A stretch of DNA of 64,000 nt, taken from an uncultured Chloroflexia bacterium. Lineage in GTDB: Bacteria; Chloroflexota; Limnocylindria; Limnocylindrales; CSP1-4. The translations under genes were made by a program, and so were the position numbers. Positions within the stretch are counted from its first letter, which is position 1. Every line of letters begins with the position of its first letter. This document shows, piece by piece, positions 49,584 through 59,787 of this stretch. The notes under the pieces were generated by a model. It made no database searches. It was given only the letters and a program-made list of their open reading frames with translations, and was not told the origin of the DNA. The stretch spans positions 1 to 64,000 of the forward strand of contig CAWHXD010000014.1 in NCBI GenBank assembly GCA_963833225.1. The letters are read 5' to 3'.

Positions 49584-52100
49584 ATGGGATCCCCGGTTCA
49601 GGCACGGGCCGTCATCATCGGCGCCGGCATCGTCGGCAACGCCATGGCCTGGCACCTCGCCAAGCTCGGCTGGCGCGACCTGGTGCTGGTCGATAAAGGG
49701 CCCCTGCCCAACCCCGGTGGATCCACCGGACACGCGTCGAACTTCTGCTTCCCCGTTGACGGGACCAAGGAGGAGTCAACCTGCACGGTGGAGACCATCC
49801 GCCAGTTCACCGAGCTCGGCGTGTTCACCCGGTGCGGCGGCATGGAGGTCGCGCGGACGCCGGAGCGGATGGCCGAGCTGGCGCGACGGCAGGGTCTCGC
49901 GACGTCATGGGGGATCGAGTCGCGGTTGCTGACCCCTCCCGAGGTCCACGAGATCATCCCGTACCTGGATCCCTCCGTGATCACCGGGGGCTGGTACACG
50001 CCCAGCGCGGGGGTGGTGGACTCGCTGCGGGCCGGGACGCTGATGCGCGAGCAAGCCCAGGCCATGGGCGCGCTCACGATCATGGCGCGCACGGAGGTCA
50101 CCGGGATCGACACGGTCGACGGGCGCGTATCGGCCGTTCGGACGACCGGCGGCGACATCGAGACGCCGATCGTCGTGGTCGCGTGCGGCGTCTGGAGCCC
50201 GCGGATCGCCGCCATGGCCGGCGCCCACATCCCGCTGGTGCCCACCGTCCACCAGTTCGTATCCGTAGGTCCCGTGCCGCGCTTCGCCGACGTTCCGGGC
50301 GAGCAGGCGTTCCCCATCCTGCGGGACATGGACTCGCTGATGTACGAGCGGCCGAACGGGAGCCAGCTGGAGATCGGCTCGTACAGCCACCGGCCCATCC
50401 TGTGGCATCCGGATGACATCCCGTCGATCGAGGACTCCGTCCTGTCGCCCACCGAGCTGCCGTTCACGACGGAGGATTTTGAGCAGTCGTACGCGGACGC
50501 CCTCGAGCTCATCCCCGAGATCCTGGGCGACGAGCGTGTCGGCCAGCAGTACGCGATCAACGGCCTGCTCTCGGTGACCCCGGACTGGAGCCCCGTGCTG
50601 GGCGAGTCGCCCGAGGTCGGCGGGCTGTGGTCCGTGGCGGCCGTGTGGATCAAGGAGGCGCCCGCGATCTGCGAGACCATCGCCCAGCGGATGACCGGGC
50701 TGCCCGAGACCATCGACCTCCACGCGGCGGACATCGCGCGCTTCTACCCGCACCAGCGGACCTGGGAGCACTCGATCGCGCGCGTGTCCGAGGCGTTCAA
50801 CAAGTTCTACGGCATCGTCCACCCGGCCGAGCAGTGGTCGACCGACCGGGGCGTCCGGCTGCCGCCGATGTACGCCGCGGAGCAGGCCCTGGGCGCCGTC
50901 CATTTCGAGGTGGCGGGTTGGGAGTGCCCGATGTGGTACGAGGCCAACGCCCCGCTCGTGGAGGCGTACGGCGACCGGATCATGCACCGCCCGCACGAGT
51001 GGGACGCTCGCTGGTGGTCGCCGATCACGCTGGCCGAGCATCTCGCGCTGCGCGACCGGGCCGCCATCGTGGACGCCACCCCGTTCGCCCTGTTCGACGT
51101 GACCGGGCCGGGGGCGCTCGCGTTCCTCGAGCGGCTGTGCGTGAACCGGATCGAGTCGCCGATCGGCAGGACGATCTACACGCCGCTGCTCGACGAGGCG
51201 GGCGGCGTGGCCGCCGACCTCACCGTGCTCCACGTGGGGCGCGACCGGTACCGGGTCGTGACCGGCGGCGGCATGGGGATGCGCGACAAGCAGTGGTTCA
51301 CCGACCGGCTGCCGGCCGACGGGTCCGCGCAGCTAGCGGACCTGACTTCCGCGTACACCGCGGTCGGGGTGTGGGGGCCACGTGCCCGGGACATCCTGGC
51401 GTCGATGACCTCGGCCGACGTGTCCAACGCCGCCTTCCCGTTCGCACACAACCGGCGGCTGGACGTGGACGGGATCGAGGTGCTCGCGAACCGGCTCTCG
51501 TACGTCGGCGAGCTCGGTTGGGAGCTGTTCGCGCCGATCGAGCTCGGTGCGCACCTGTGGGACGCGGTCTGGGCGGCCGGTCAGCCGTTCGGGGCGATCG
51601 CCGCCGGGTGGTCGGTGATCGCGTCGTCCGCGCGGCTCGAGAAGGGGTACCGCGGGTACGGCTCGGAGCTGTCGCTGGACTACTCGCTGGTGGAGGCGGG
51701 GCTGGCGCGGAAGTCCGTGAAGGACGTGCCGTTCATCGGTCGCGAGGCGTACCTGCGCCAGCGTTCCGAGGCGCCCGCGGCGCTGCTGTGCACGCTCACG
51801 GTGGACTCGCACGTTTCCGCCCCTGGCGGCGTGCCGCGGTTCATGCTGGGGCGCGAGCCCGTGCTCATGCCCGACGGGTCGCCCATCGAGGATGCGAAGG
51901 GGCGGTGGTCGTATGTGACCTCGGCCGGGACCGGGCCCTCGGTGGGCAAGCACCTGCTGATGGCGTACCTGCCGGTGGAGCTGGCGGTGGCGGGGACGAA
52001 GCTCGCGGTCCAGTACATGGGCGAGCGGTACCCGGTCACGGTTGCCGTGGCGGGCTCGACGCCGTTGTTCGATCCGGAGGATGCGCGGCTGCGCTGCTGA
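49584..52100 (+). CDS. GcvT-family FAD oxidoreductase (dimethylglycine oxidase-like) 4
   Basis: IIGAGIVG, GSTGHASNF, SYVGELGWE; close paralog of the 28873 gene. Confidence 0.94.
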   Translation: MGSPVQARAVIIGAGIVGNAMAWHLAKLGWRDLVLVDKGPLPNPGGSTGHASNFCFPVDGTKEESTCTVETIRQFTELGVFTRCGGMEVARTPERMAELARRQGLATSWGIESRLLTPPEVHEIIPYLDPSVITGGWYTPSAGVVDSLRAGTLMREQAQAMGALTIMARTEVTGIDTVDGRVSAVRTTGGDIETPIVVVACGVWSPRIAAMAGAHIPLVPTVHQFVSVGPVPRFADVPGEQAFPILRDMDSLMYERPNGSQLEIGSYSHRPILWHPDDIPSIEDSVLSPTELPFTTEDFEQSYADALELIPEILGDERVGQQYAINGLLSVTPDWSPVLGESPEVGGLWSVAAVWIKEAPAICETIAQRMTGLPETIDLHAADIARFYPHQRTWEHSIARVSEAFNKFYGIVHPAEQWSTDRGVRLPPMYAAEQALGAVHFEVAGWECPMWYEANAPLVEAYGDRIMHRPHEWDARWWSPITLAEHLALRDRAAIVDATPFALFDVTGPGALAFLERLCVNRIESPIGRTIYTPLLDEAGGVAADLTVLHVGRDRYRVVTGGGMGMRDKQWFTDRLPADGSAQLADLTSAYTAVGVWGPRARDILASMTSADVSNAAFPFAHNRRLDVDGIEVLANRLSYVGELGWELFAPIELGAHLWDAVWAAGQPFGAIAAGWSVIASSARLEKGYRGYGSELSLDYSLVEAGLARKSVKDVPFIGREAYLRQRSEAPAALLCTLTVDSHVSAPGGVPRFMLGREPVLMPDGSPIEDAKGRWSYVTSAGTGPSVGKHLLMAYLPVELAVAGTKLAVQYMGERYPVTVAVAGSTPLFDPEDARLRC

Positions 52101-52140
52101 GGTCGCGGGGCCGCGGTGGCGCCACCGCCCGCGGGCCCGA

Positions 52141-52425
52141 TGCCCGGCAGGCACCGGAATCGCCACGGCCCGCCCCGCTCGGACCAGGCCGTTGCCTGGC
52201 AGGCACCGAAATCGCCGCGGCCCGCCCCGCTCGGACCAGGCCTTTGCCTGGCAGGCACCGAAATCGCCGCGGCCCGCCCCGGACGCCCCGAACCGTGGTC
52301 CATCAGGCCACATTCACGCCGCGGCCCGCCCCGCTCGGACCAGGCCTTTGCCTGGCAGGCACCGAAATCGCCGCGGCCCGCCCCAGACGCCCCGAACCAT
52401 GGTCCATCAGGCCACATTCACGCCG
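52141..52425 (+). repeat. 52-bp periodic array: 16-nt constant block + 36-nt A or B block
   Basis: cgcc(g/a)cggcccgcccc at 52161, 52213, 52265, 52317 and 52369, partial at 52421; blocks in order A,A,B,A,B. Confidence 0.9.
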
Positions 52426-52546
52426 ACGAGCGAGCGATCGTGGGCCGCCAGTCCACGTTCAAGGGTGTCACTCCGACATAAGCCCCCGATAAGGGCGATG
52501 TCGTTGACTGCACGTCCACGCCCGCCGCGTCAGCGAGGGACCGGTC

Positions 52547-53311
52547 ATGGGCGAGACGAAGCTCGAGCGCCTGATCCACGAACGGCAGCGGGCGCTACGC
52601 CGGGCCCTCGCCGCGGAGCTGCGGCGGGTGCTCGAGACGGAGGGGCTGAGCCTGCGGGCGCTCGGTGCGGCGGTCGGCGTGGACCCGAGTCACCTGTCGC
52701 GGGTCCTGGGCGAAGCCAGCGGCATCAGCCACGACGCCCTCGTCGCCGTCGCAACGGGCCTCGGCTACGACGTGTCGTTTCGCCTCTTCGAGTCTGTCGG
52801 CCCGCGCGTCCGGGACCGGATCCAGGTCCGGATGATCGAGGCACTGCTCGCCGCGCTCCATCCGCGGTGGCTGGCGCGCTTGGAGGTTGCCGTCTACCGG
52901 CCCGTGCGCGGCGTGATCGACATCGTGCTCCAGGATCGCGAGACGTCGGGCCTGGTGGCCGGCGAAGGTCACAGCCTCCTCTCGAGCGTCGAGCAGCAGG
53001 TGCGCTGGGCCGGGCAGAAGGCCGATGCGCTGCCGTCCGCGAACGGGTTCCCCTGGGCGGACGGTCCGATCCCGCCTCGTGTGGGCCGCCTGCTCCTGCT
53101 CCGCTCCTGTGCCGCCAACCACCGGCTGGTCGCATCGTTCCCGGAGACGTTCCGGGCCGCCTACCCGGACTCGACCGAGGTGGCGGTGGCGGCCCTGCGG
53201 CACGGCGACCGCGCCTGGCCCGGGGCCGCGATCCTGTGGGTGTCCGTGGACGGGGCCGGGACCCGGCTCATGGACTCGGTGCCGCGGGCGGCGCTCATCG
53301 GCGGCCGCTGA
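52547..53311 (+). CDS. XRE-type HTH fused to a restriction-endonuclease-like (PD-(D/E)XK-like) domain
   Basis: GLSLRALGAAVGVDPSHLSRVL (HTH); LEV...RGVIDIVL...VAGEGHS resembles E...ID...ExK. Confidence 0.7.
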   Translation: MGETKLERLIHERQRALRRALAAELRRVLETEGLSLRALGAAVGVDPSHLSRVLGEASGISHDALVAVATGLGYDVSFRLFESVGPRVRDRIQVRMIEALLAALHPRWLARLEVAVYRPVRGVIDIVLQDRETSGLVAGEGHSLLSSVEQQVRWAGQKADALPSANGFPWADGPIPPRVGRLLLLRSCAANHRLVASFPETFRAAYPDSTEVAVAALRHGDRAWPGAAILWVSVDGAGTRLMDSVPRAALIGGR

Positions 53312-53803
53312 GTGCGGCACCGGGGGCGATCCAGTCCGGCAGGAGGTGGACATCGCGATGACGTCTCGCTGAGGCTCCGCGACCCGGGCCTGAAATGGCG
53401 CCGGGTCAGGCCGCGCGCAGGCCCGTGCGCTGGTGTGGCTTCGGGCTGTGGTCGAGGCTCGCGCACGCCTGGCCGTCGGCATCGCGCGCTTCACACCGAC
53501 CCGGCATCAGCACCTGGCCAGCTGGCGCCTCCATCCACTCGGTGATGTTCGGCGCGCTGTTCTTCATGACCCAAGCATCGGGCGCACTTCGCCGTCACGC
53601 AAGGACCTGAACGTCCCGCGCCCTGCCGCAACGGCAAGGCGTCGGTCAAGATCAATCGGTGTGCCGACCACCTGTCGGAGCGGATCGCCACTTGCTGCCG
53701 CACCCAGCGCTCGTTGACTCCGGGTCCACGGTCTCGCCGCCCGGGGATGATCGGCGGCGCGAACGGTGTCCCGGAGGCCCCGAAGTCGGGTATGCCGGTG
53801 CGG

Positions 53804-53888
53804 ACGTGGACTGCCGGTCCACGGATCCGCCGCTGGGGGATCCATCTCGGCGAATCCGGTGCCTGGCAGGCAACGGCCAGGGAGCGGC
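53804..53888 (-). repeat. Inverted copy of the repeats left of the HTH gene
   Basis: The reverse complement of 53848-53879 matches 52186-52217 at 28/32; that of 53804-53823 matches 52439-52458 at 18/20. Confidence 0.8.
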
Positions 53889-53898
53889 TGCAGCCGGG

Positions 53899-54351
53899 TC
53901 AATCCCCGGCGCGCGCCTCCAGGGCGGCGAGGTGCTCGGCGTCATGGTTCGCGGCGACGCCCAGCAGCCCCGCGACGTCCAGCCGGCCATAGGTCGCGTG
54001 GATCCCGGCCCGGGCCCAGCCCGCCTCGTCGAGCACGGCGATCCGCGCCAGGGTTGCCGACCGCTCCGCCCCGAACACCGCGAGCGCGCCCTCGAGCGAC
54101 GCCGCGGCCGGCTCGTCGACCGGACCCGGCTCGGTCCAGGACCACTGTGGCTCGGCGCGTCCGGGCCCCAGCAGGTCGAGCCGCGCCTGCCAGACGTCCC
54201 GCTCGACCGCGACCAGGTGAGCGACGACGTCTCGCGCCGTCCACTCGCCGGCCGGCGGCCCGGACACGGCCTCGCGGGCAACCACGGACCGCGCCACGGC
54301 CCCCATGAGGGCCGGAAGGGCACCCAGCCGCGCGACCACCTCGGCGTCCAT
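53899..54351 (-). CDS. DinB family protein
   Basis: EWTARDVVAHL...NHDAEHL. Confidence 0.85.
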   Translation of the reverse strand: MDAEVVARLGALPALMGAVARSVVAREAVSGPPAGEWTARDVVAHLVAVERDVWQARLDLLGPGRAEPQWSWTEPGPVDEPAAASLEGALAVFGAERSATLARIAVLDEAGWARAGIHATYGRLDVAGLLGVAANHDAEHLAALEARAGD

Positions 54352-54353
54352 CG

Positions 54354-55895
54354 CTAGATGTCCGAGTCCGGGGACGCCGCCTTGGCCTTCGCGACGAACT
54401 CCCGCAGCGCCTCGTCCACGCCCACGTCCAGCGGCGGCGCGACGTACTCCGCCAGCATCTTCTTCCAGATCGTGTTCGCCCGCTGCGGCGCGTCGAGCGA
54501 CCCTTCCTCGAGCCACTGCTCGAAGCTGTTGTTGTCGGCGACATCGGACCGGTAGAACGCGGTCTCGAAGTTGGCCAGCGTGTGCGCGGTGCCCAGGAAG
54601 TGCTGGCCGGGCACGTTCTCGAGGATCGCGTCCACGGCCTGCCCGTTCTCGGACATGTCGACGCCGTTCACGAACACGCCCATCATCCCGCACTGGTCGG
54701 CGTCGAGGACGAACTTCTCGTAGCCCATGGTCAGCCCGCCCTCGAGCCAGCCGGCGGCGTGGAGCACGAAGTTCACGCCGCCGAGGACGGTCGGCTGGAG
54801 GGTGGCGGCGGACTCGTAGGCGGCCTGCGCATCGGGGACCTTGGACGCGCACAGCGACCCGCCGGACCGGAACGGGACCCCCAGCCGGCGGGCGAGGGCG
54901 GCCATCGTGTACAGGACCAGCGCGGGCTCCGGGGTGCCGAAGGTCGGGGCGCCGGACTGCATCGAGATCGAGCTCGCGAACGAGCCGAACACGACGGGGG
55001 CACCGGGCCGCACGAGCTGCACGAAGGCCATCCCGGCGAGCGCCTCGGCGAGGGTCTGGGCGCACACGCCGGCCGCGGTGACCGGTGCCATGGCGCCGGC
55101 GAGGATGAACGGCGTGATCAGGGTCGCCTGGTTGGCGAGGGCGTAGGTCCTCGCGGCGCCCAGCATGCTCGCGTCCCACACCAGCGGGGAGCTGGCGTTG
55201 ATCAGCGAGAGCAGGACGGTGTGGTCCTCGAGGGAGTCCTCGCCAAACACGATCCGCGCCATGTCCACCGTGTCCTGCGCGCGTGACGGCGCGGTCACCG
55301 AACCCATGAACGGCTTGTCGCTGTAGCGGATGTGGGCGTCGACCATGTCCAGGTGGCGCTTGTTGACGGGCAGGTCGACGGGCTCGCAGACGGTGCCGCC
55401 GCTGTGGTGCAGGTGCGGGCTCGCGTAGGCGAGCTTCACGAAGTTGCGGAAGTCCTCGATCGTCCCGTACCGGCGCCCACCGTCGAGGTCGCGGACGAAC
55501 GGCGAGCCATAGGCCGGCGCGAACACGGTCGCGTTGCCGCCGATCCGGACGCTCCGCGCCGGGTTGCGGGCGTGCTGGATGAACTCGCGCGGCGCGGATG
55601 CCCCGACGATGGACCGGCACATGCCGCGCGGGAAGCGGACCCGCTCGCCCTCGACATCGGCCCCGGCGTCGTGCAGGAGGGCCAGGGCCTCGGGGTCGCC
55701 GCGGAACTCCAGGCCCACCTCGGCGAGGATGGTGTCCGCGTTGTGCTCGATGAGCGACAGCCCCTCCTCGCCCAGGACCTCGAACGGGGTGAGGGTCCGG
55801 GTCAGGAACGGGATGCTCTGCGCGTGGGCGTGTGCCCGTGCCGCCTGGCGTGCCGCCCGGCCACCGGACCGGCGATGGGTGGTCTCCTCGATCAT
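54354..55895 (-). CDS. mttB: Trimethylamine/glycine-betaine methyltransferase (MttB/MtgB family), non-pyrrolysine
   Basis: APAYGSPF, HHSGGTVCEP, TPFILAGAMAP, SGAPTFGTPE, SKVPDAQA, HAAGWLEGGL; no amber codon. Confidence 0.93.
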   Translation of the reverse strand: MIEETTHRRSGGRAARQAARAHAHAQSIPFLTRTLTPFEVLGEEGLSLIEHNADTILAEVGLEFRGDPEALALLHDAGADVEGERVRFPRGMCRSIVGASAPREFIQHARNPARSVRIGGNATVFAPAYGSPFVRDLDGGRRYGTIEDFRNFVKLAYASPHLHHSGGTVCEPVDLPVNKRHLDMVDAHIRYSDKPFMGSVTAPSRAQDTVDMARIVFGEDSLEDHTVLLSLINASSPLVWDASMLGAARTYALANQATLITPFILAGAMAPVTAAGVCAQTLAEALAGMAFVQLVRPGAPVVFGSFASSISMQSGAPTFGTPEPALVLYTMAALARRLGVPFRSGGSLCASKVPDAQAAYESAATLQPTVLGGVNFVLHAAGWLEGGLTMGYEKFVLDADQCGMMGVFVNGVDMSENGQAVDAILENVPGQHFLGTAHTLANFETAFYRSDVADNNSFEQWLEEGSLDAPQRANTIWKKMLAEYVAPPLDVGVDEALREFVAKAKAASPDSDI

Positions 55896-57938
55896 CGGAT
55901 GTCCTCCGGGACGACTGCTGGCTCGATGGGGGTGGATCTGCGGCTGCGGCGCCGGCCATCGCGGGAGCCGGCATCGGAAGGGCGTCGCTCGGGCAGCGCA
56001 ACGGCCTGGGACAGGAAGGTTGGCGGCGCCGTCCGGTGCGGGATCGCGAGCGCCTCGACGAAGTGGGCCTGGAACCGTGGCTCCACGGCGGTCTCCACCT
56101 TCTCCACCCGGCGGACGACGGACTCGATCTCCGTCGCGCTTGTCTCGGGCGAGCAGCGCGAGCAGGGCGCCGGTGCCCGCGGCGTTGCCGATGGACGAGA
56201 CGTGGGCGAGGTCGCAGTCGGGGATGAGCCCCAGGACCATGGCGTGCATCGGGTCGATGTGGCTGCCAAAGGCCCCGGCAAGCCGCACCTCGTCCACGGT
56301 ATCGACGCCCAGCTGGTCCATGAGCAGGCGCGCGCCGGCGTACAGGGCGGCCTTGGCGAGCTGGATCGCGCGCACGTCGTCCTGCGTGATCGTGATCGCC
56401 GGCGACCCGTCGTGCAGCAGGTACGAGAAGGTGCGTCCCCTGGCCCGGATCCGCGGCGTCCGCGCGGCCAGCGAGCCGTCGATGACCCCGTCCGCGGTGA
56501 CGACCCCGGCCAGGAACAGCTCAGCGATCGCCTCGATGATCCCGGAGCCACAGATGCCGGTCACGCCGACATCGGCGATGGCATCCTCGAACCCCGCTTC
56601 GTCAGACCACCGGTCGCTGCCGATGACCCGGAACCGCGGCTCGAGCGACACGGGGTCGATCCGCACCCGCTCGATGGCGCCCGGCGCGGCCCGCTGGCCG
56701 CTGCTGATCTGGGCGCCCTCGAACGCTGGGCCGGTGGGGCTCGAGGCCGCGAGCAGGCGGTCGCGGTTGCCCAGGACGATCTCCGCGTTGGTGCCGACGT
56801 CGACGAGCAACCGGATCGGCACCGCCTTGTGCGGCTCGTCGGCGAGGATCACGCCTGCCGTGTCCGCGCCCACGTGCCCGGCGATGCACGGCAGCACGTA
56901 CGCCCGTGCGCCCGGCCGCAGGGAGGCCAGCTCGAGCCCCGCGGCCGTGGTCCGCACGGGCCGGTCCGTCGCCAGCGCGAACGGCGCGGACCCGAGCTCG
57001 ACGGGGTCGATGCCCAGGAACAGGTGGTGCATGATCGGGTTGCCGACGAGCGTCAGCTCCAGCACGTCGTCGCGCGGCACGCCGCCCCCGTCGACGAGCC
57101 GCCCGATCAGCTCGTCGAGCGCGGTGCGCACGGCCCGCGTCATCTCCGCGGCGCCGCCCTCGTTGAGCATCGCGTACGAGACGCGGCTCATGAGGTCCTC
57201 GCCGAACCGGATCTGCGGGTTCATCAGGCCCGCGGAGGCCAGCACCTCGCCGGAGCCCAGGTTCGCGAGGTGGCCCGCGATCGTGGTCGAGCCCACGTCG
57301 ATGGCGATGCCGTACACGGCCTCGTGCAGGCCCGGCCAGGCGGCGATCACGTCACGCCCGTCGTGGACCGCGACCGTGACGCCCCACGACCCGGCCCGCA
57401 GCGTGTGCTGGAGCCCGCGCAGGACCAGGAGGTCCACCGCGAGGTCCCGCAGCCCCCACTCGCGCTCCAGCGCCTCGAGGAGCCGCGCGAGGTCGCCCGT
57501 GGGCGAGGCGAGGTCGGGCTGGGTGACCTCCACGTAGTGGAGCCGGACGACGGGATCGACGCGGAACCGGCGCAGATCCAGGCTCTTGCGCACGACCTGG
57601 CGGTGGACCTGGGATTCGGCCGGGACATCGATGACGAGGTCGCCGCGGATCTCCGCGGTGCACGAGAGGCGCCGGCCGTCGGCCATCCCCTTGCGGTCCC
57701 GGTAGGCGGCCTCCTTCGCTCCGAACGGTGACAGGTTCCCCTCGGCCGACGTGATGCCGTGCTTGGCGAAGTCGCCCACGGACTGGACCACCTGGCAGCG
57801 CCCGCAGATGCCGCGCGTGCCGCACACGGAGTCGATGTCGACGCCCAGGGCGCGGGCGGCATCGAGCACCGTCGTCCCCAGGCGAGCCCGCCCGCGCCGG
57901 CCCGATGGGGTGAACACGACCAGCGCGTCGTCGGCCAC
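55892..57938 (-). CDS. ASKHA-domain corrinoid reactivating enzyme (RACE/RamA-like) with N-terminal 2Fe-2S; indel near 56130
   Basis: CGTRGICGRC, RLSC, IDVGSTT, DVGTNAE, GPAFEG, GICGSG, IQLAKAA, LAGAFG. Confidence 0.92.
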
Positions 57939-57970
57939 GGTTGGTGGGTCCTCGCCCTGTGCCGCCGGCC

Positions 57971-58882
57971 TCAGCCGACCCCGGCGCCCGCCCGACGGCG
58001 ATTGACGCGGCGTCCCTGCTCGCCCTCGAGGGGCGCAACGCGGAAGGCGCGGATCCAGCGGGAGGCATCTCGATCGTTGCCCATCAGGACGTCCGCCGCC
58101 ATCACCGCGTGCTTGACGCCCTCCGCGATCGGGTTCGTGATCGCGGACGTGAGGCCGCTCGCGATGGCCATCGCGAGGAAGGCGCCGTTGACCCCCTCGC
58201 GGTTCGGCAGGCCAAAGCTCACGTTGGACGCGCCACAGGTCGTGTTGACGCCCAGGTCGTCGCGCAACCGGCCAAGCAGGCGGAAGACGCCCCGGCCTGC
58301 GGTCGAGACCGCGCCGATCGGCATGACCAGCGGGTCCACCACGATGTCCTCGCGGGGGATCCCGTGGTCCGCCGCGCGCTCCACGATCTTCTTCGCGACC
58401 GCGAACCGGACGTCGGGGTCCATCGAGATCCCGGTCTCATCGTTGGAGATGGCCACGACGGCGGCGCCGTACTTGCGGACGAGCGGCAGGACGCGCTCCA
58501 GGCGCTCGTCCTCGCCGGTGACCGAGTTCACCAGGGCCTTGCCCTGGTAGACCGCGAGGCCGGCCTCGAGCGCGTCCACGATGGACGAATCGATGGACAG
58601 AGGCAGGTCGGTGAGCGACTGGACGAGCTGGATGGTCCGCGCGAGGATCGCCGGCTCGTCGGCGAGGGGGATCCCGGCATTCACATCGAGCATGTGGGCG
58701 CCGGCCTCGACCTGGGCGAGGACATCGCGCTCCACGCGCGAGAAGTCGCCGGCGGCCATCTCGGCGGCAAGGATCTTGCGACCGGTGGGGTTGATCCGCT
58801 CGCCGATGATCACGAACGGGCGGTCGCCGCCGATGATGACCTCGCGGGTCGCGGAGCTGATGACGGTGTGGGCCACGGTCAC
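57971..58882 (-). CDS. Methyltetrahydrofolate:corrinoid methyltransferase (pterin-binding, AcsE/MetH-like)
   Basis: IIGERINPTG, LDVNAG, LSIDSS, VNSV, GASNVSFGLP. Confidence 0.92.
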   Translation of the reverse strand: MTVAHTVISSATREVIIGGDRPFVIIGERINPTGRKILAAEMAAGDFSRVERDVLAQVEAGAHMLDVNAGIPLADEPAILARTIQLVQSLTDLPLSIDSSIVDALEAGLAVYQGKALVNSVTGEDERLERVLPLVRKYGAAVVAISNDETGISMDPDVRFAVAKKIVERAADHGIPREDIVVDPLVMPIGAVSTAGRGVFRLLGRLRDDLGVNTTCGASNVSFGLPNREGVNGAFLAMAIASGLTSAITNPIAEGVKHAVMAADVLMGNDRDASRWIRAFRVAPLEGEQGRRVNRRRAGAGVG

Positions 58883-58893
58883 GATCTCCCGGC

Positions 58894-59589
58894 TCAGGCG
58901 GCGCCGGCGCGGCGGGCCAGGATCAGCTGCTTCGCCGTTTCGGATGCCACCGCGGCATCGCGGCAGTACGCGTCCGCGCCCACGGCCTTCGCAAAGTCCT
59001 CGTTGAGCGGCGCTCCCCCCACGAGCACGATGTAGTCGTCCCGGATGCCGCGGCTGGCGAGCTCGCCGATCACGACCTTCATGTACGGCATCGTGGTGGT
59101 GAGCAGTGCGGACATGCCCAGGATGTCCGGCTTGTGCTCCTCGAGCGCGGCCAGGAACTTCTCGACGTCGGTGTTGATGCCCAGGTCGACCACCTCGAAG
59201 CCGGCTCCCTCGAGCATCATCCCGACCAGGTTCTTGCCGATGTCGTGGATGTCGCCCTTGACCGTCCCGATGACCACCTTGCCGATCGGCTTGGCTCCCG
59301 TCTCGGCCAGCAGCGGCCGGAGGATCGCCATGCCCTTCTTCATCGCGTTGGCGGCGAGCAGGACCTCGGGCACGAACAGGATCCCGTCTCGGAAGTCCAC
59401 GCCGACGATGCGCATGCCCTCGACCAGCGCCTCGTTGAGGACCCGGTCGGGTCCCCAGCCTCGCGAGAGCAGCAGGTTCGTTCCCTCGGTGATCTCATCC
59501 GCCAGCCCGTCGTACAGGTCGTTGTGCATCTGCTCGACGAGCTCCTCGTCGGTCAGGCTCGAGAGGTCCAGCTCCTGGTCGTCGCTCAT
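58894..59589 (-). CDS. Corrinoid (B12-binding) protein
   Basis: FVPEVL, GTVKGDIHDIGKNLV (DxHxxG), SALLTTTM, VGGAP. Confidence 0.95.
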   Translation of the reverse strand: MSDDQELDLSSLTDEELVEQMHNDLYDGLADEITEGTNLLLSRGWGPDRVLNEALVEGMRIVGVDFRDGILFVPEVLLAANAMKKGMAILRPLLAETGAKPIGKVVIGTVKGDIHDIGKNLVGMMLEGAGFEVVDLGINTDVEKFLAALEEHKPDILGMSALLTTTMPYMKVVIGELASRGIRDDYIVLVGGAPLNEDFAKAVGADAYCRDAAVASETAKQLILARRAGAA

Positions 59590-59715
59590 GTGTCGGCCTC
59601 CTCGGGCAGTCTGGCCCGGGTCCGACGGTGGGACGGCCGTCGGTCGATGGCTCCGTGGTCGAAGTGGTGGGCGGTGCGGCGATCGAGGCGCGGTTCCTGG
59701 TTCGGCAAGGGTCTT

Positions 59716-59732
59716 GTTCCGCGATGTGGAAC
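59716..59732. promoter_or_regulatory. Palindrome, probable IclR operator
   Basis: GTTCC-N7-GGAAC between the divergent corrinoid and iclR genes; a further GGAAC at 59746. Confidence 0.5.
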
Positions 59733-59787
59733 GATGCCGTATGATGGAACGCGCGCGACCCCGGAAGCGTAGCCCACGGAGACCCTC

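Noticed and set aside
52141-52425. CRISPR array
   Set aside because: The constant part is only 16 nt, the 36-nt blocks are reused (A,A,B,A,B) rather than unique, and there are no cas genes or leader. Kept as a non-CRISPR repeat finding.
53515-53580. MFS-like peptide (SVMFGALFFMTQ)
   Set aside because: Too short to call; at most a tiny relic.
45717-55895. Pyrrolysine recoding in the MttB genes
   Set aside because: Both frames are open with no internal TAG, and no pyl genes are present.
54354-57938. 1194-aa RACE-MttB fusion protein
   Set aside because: The true RACE C-terminus is in another frame ending at 55892 and overlaps the MttB ATG (ATGA). The fusion comes from an indel near 56130.
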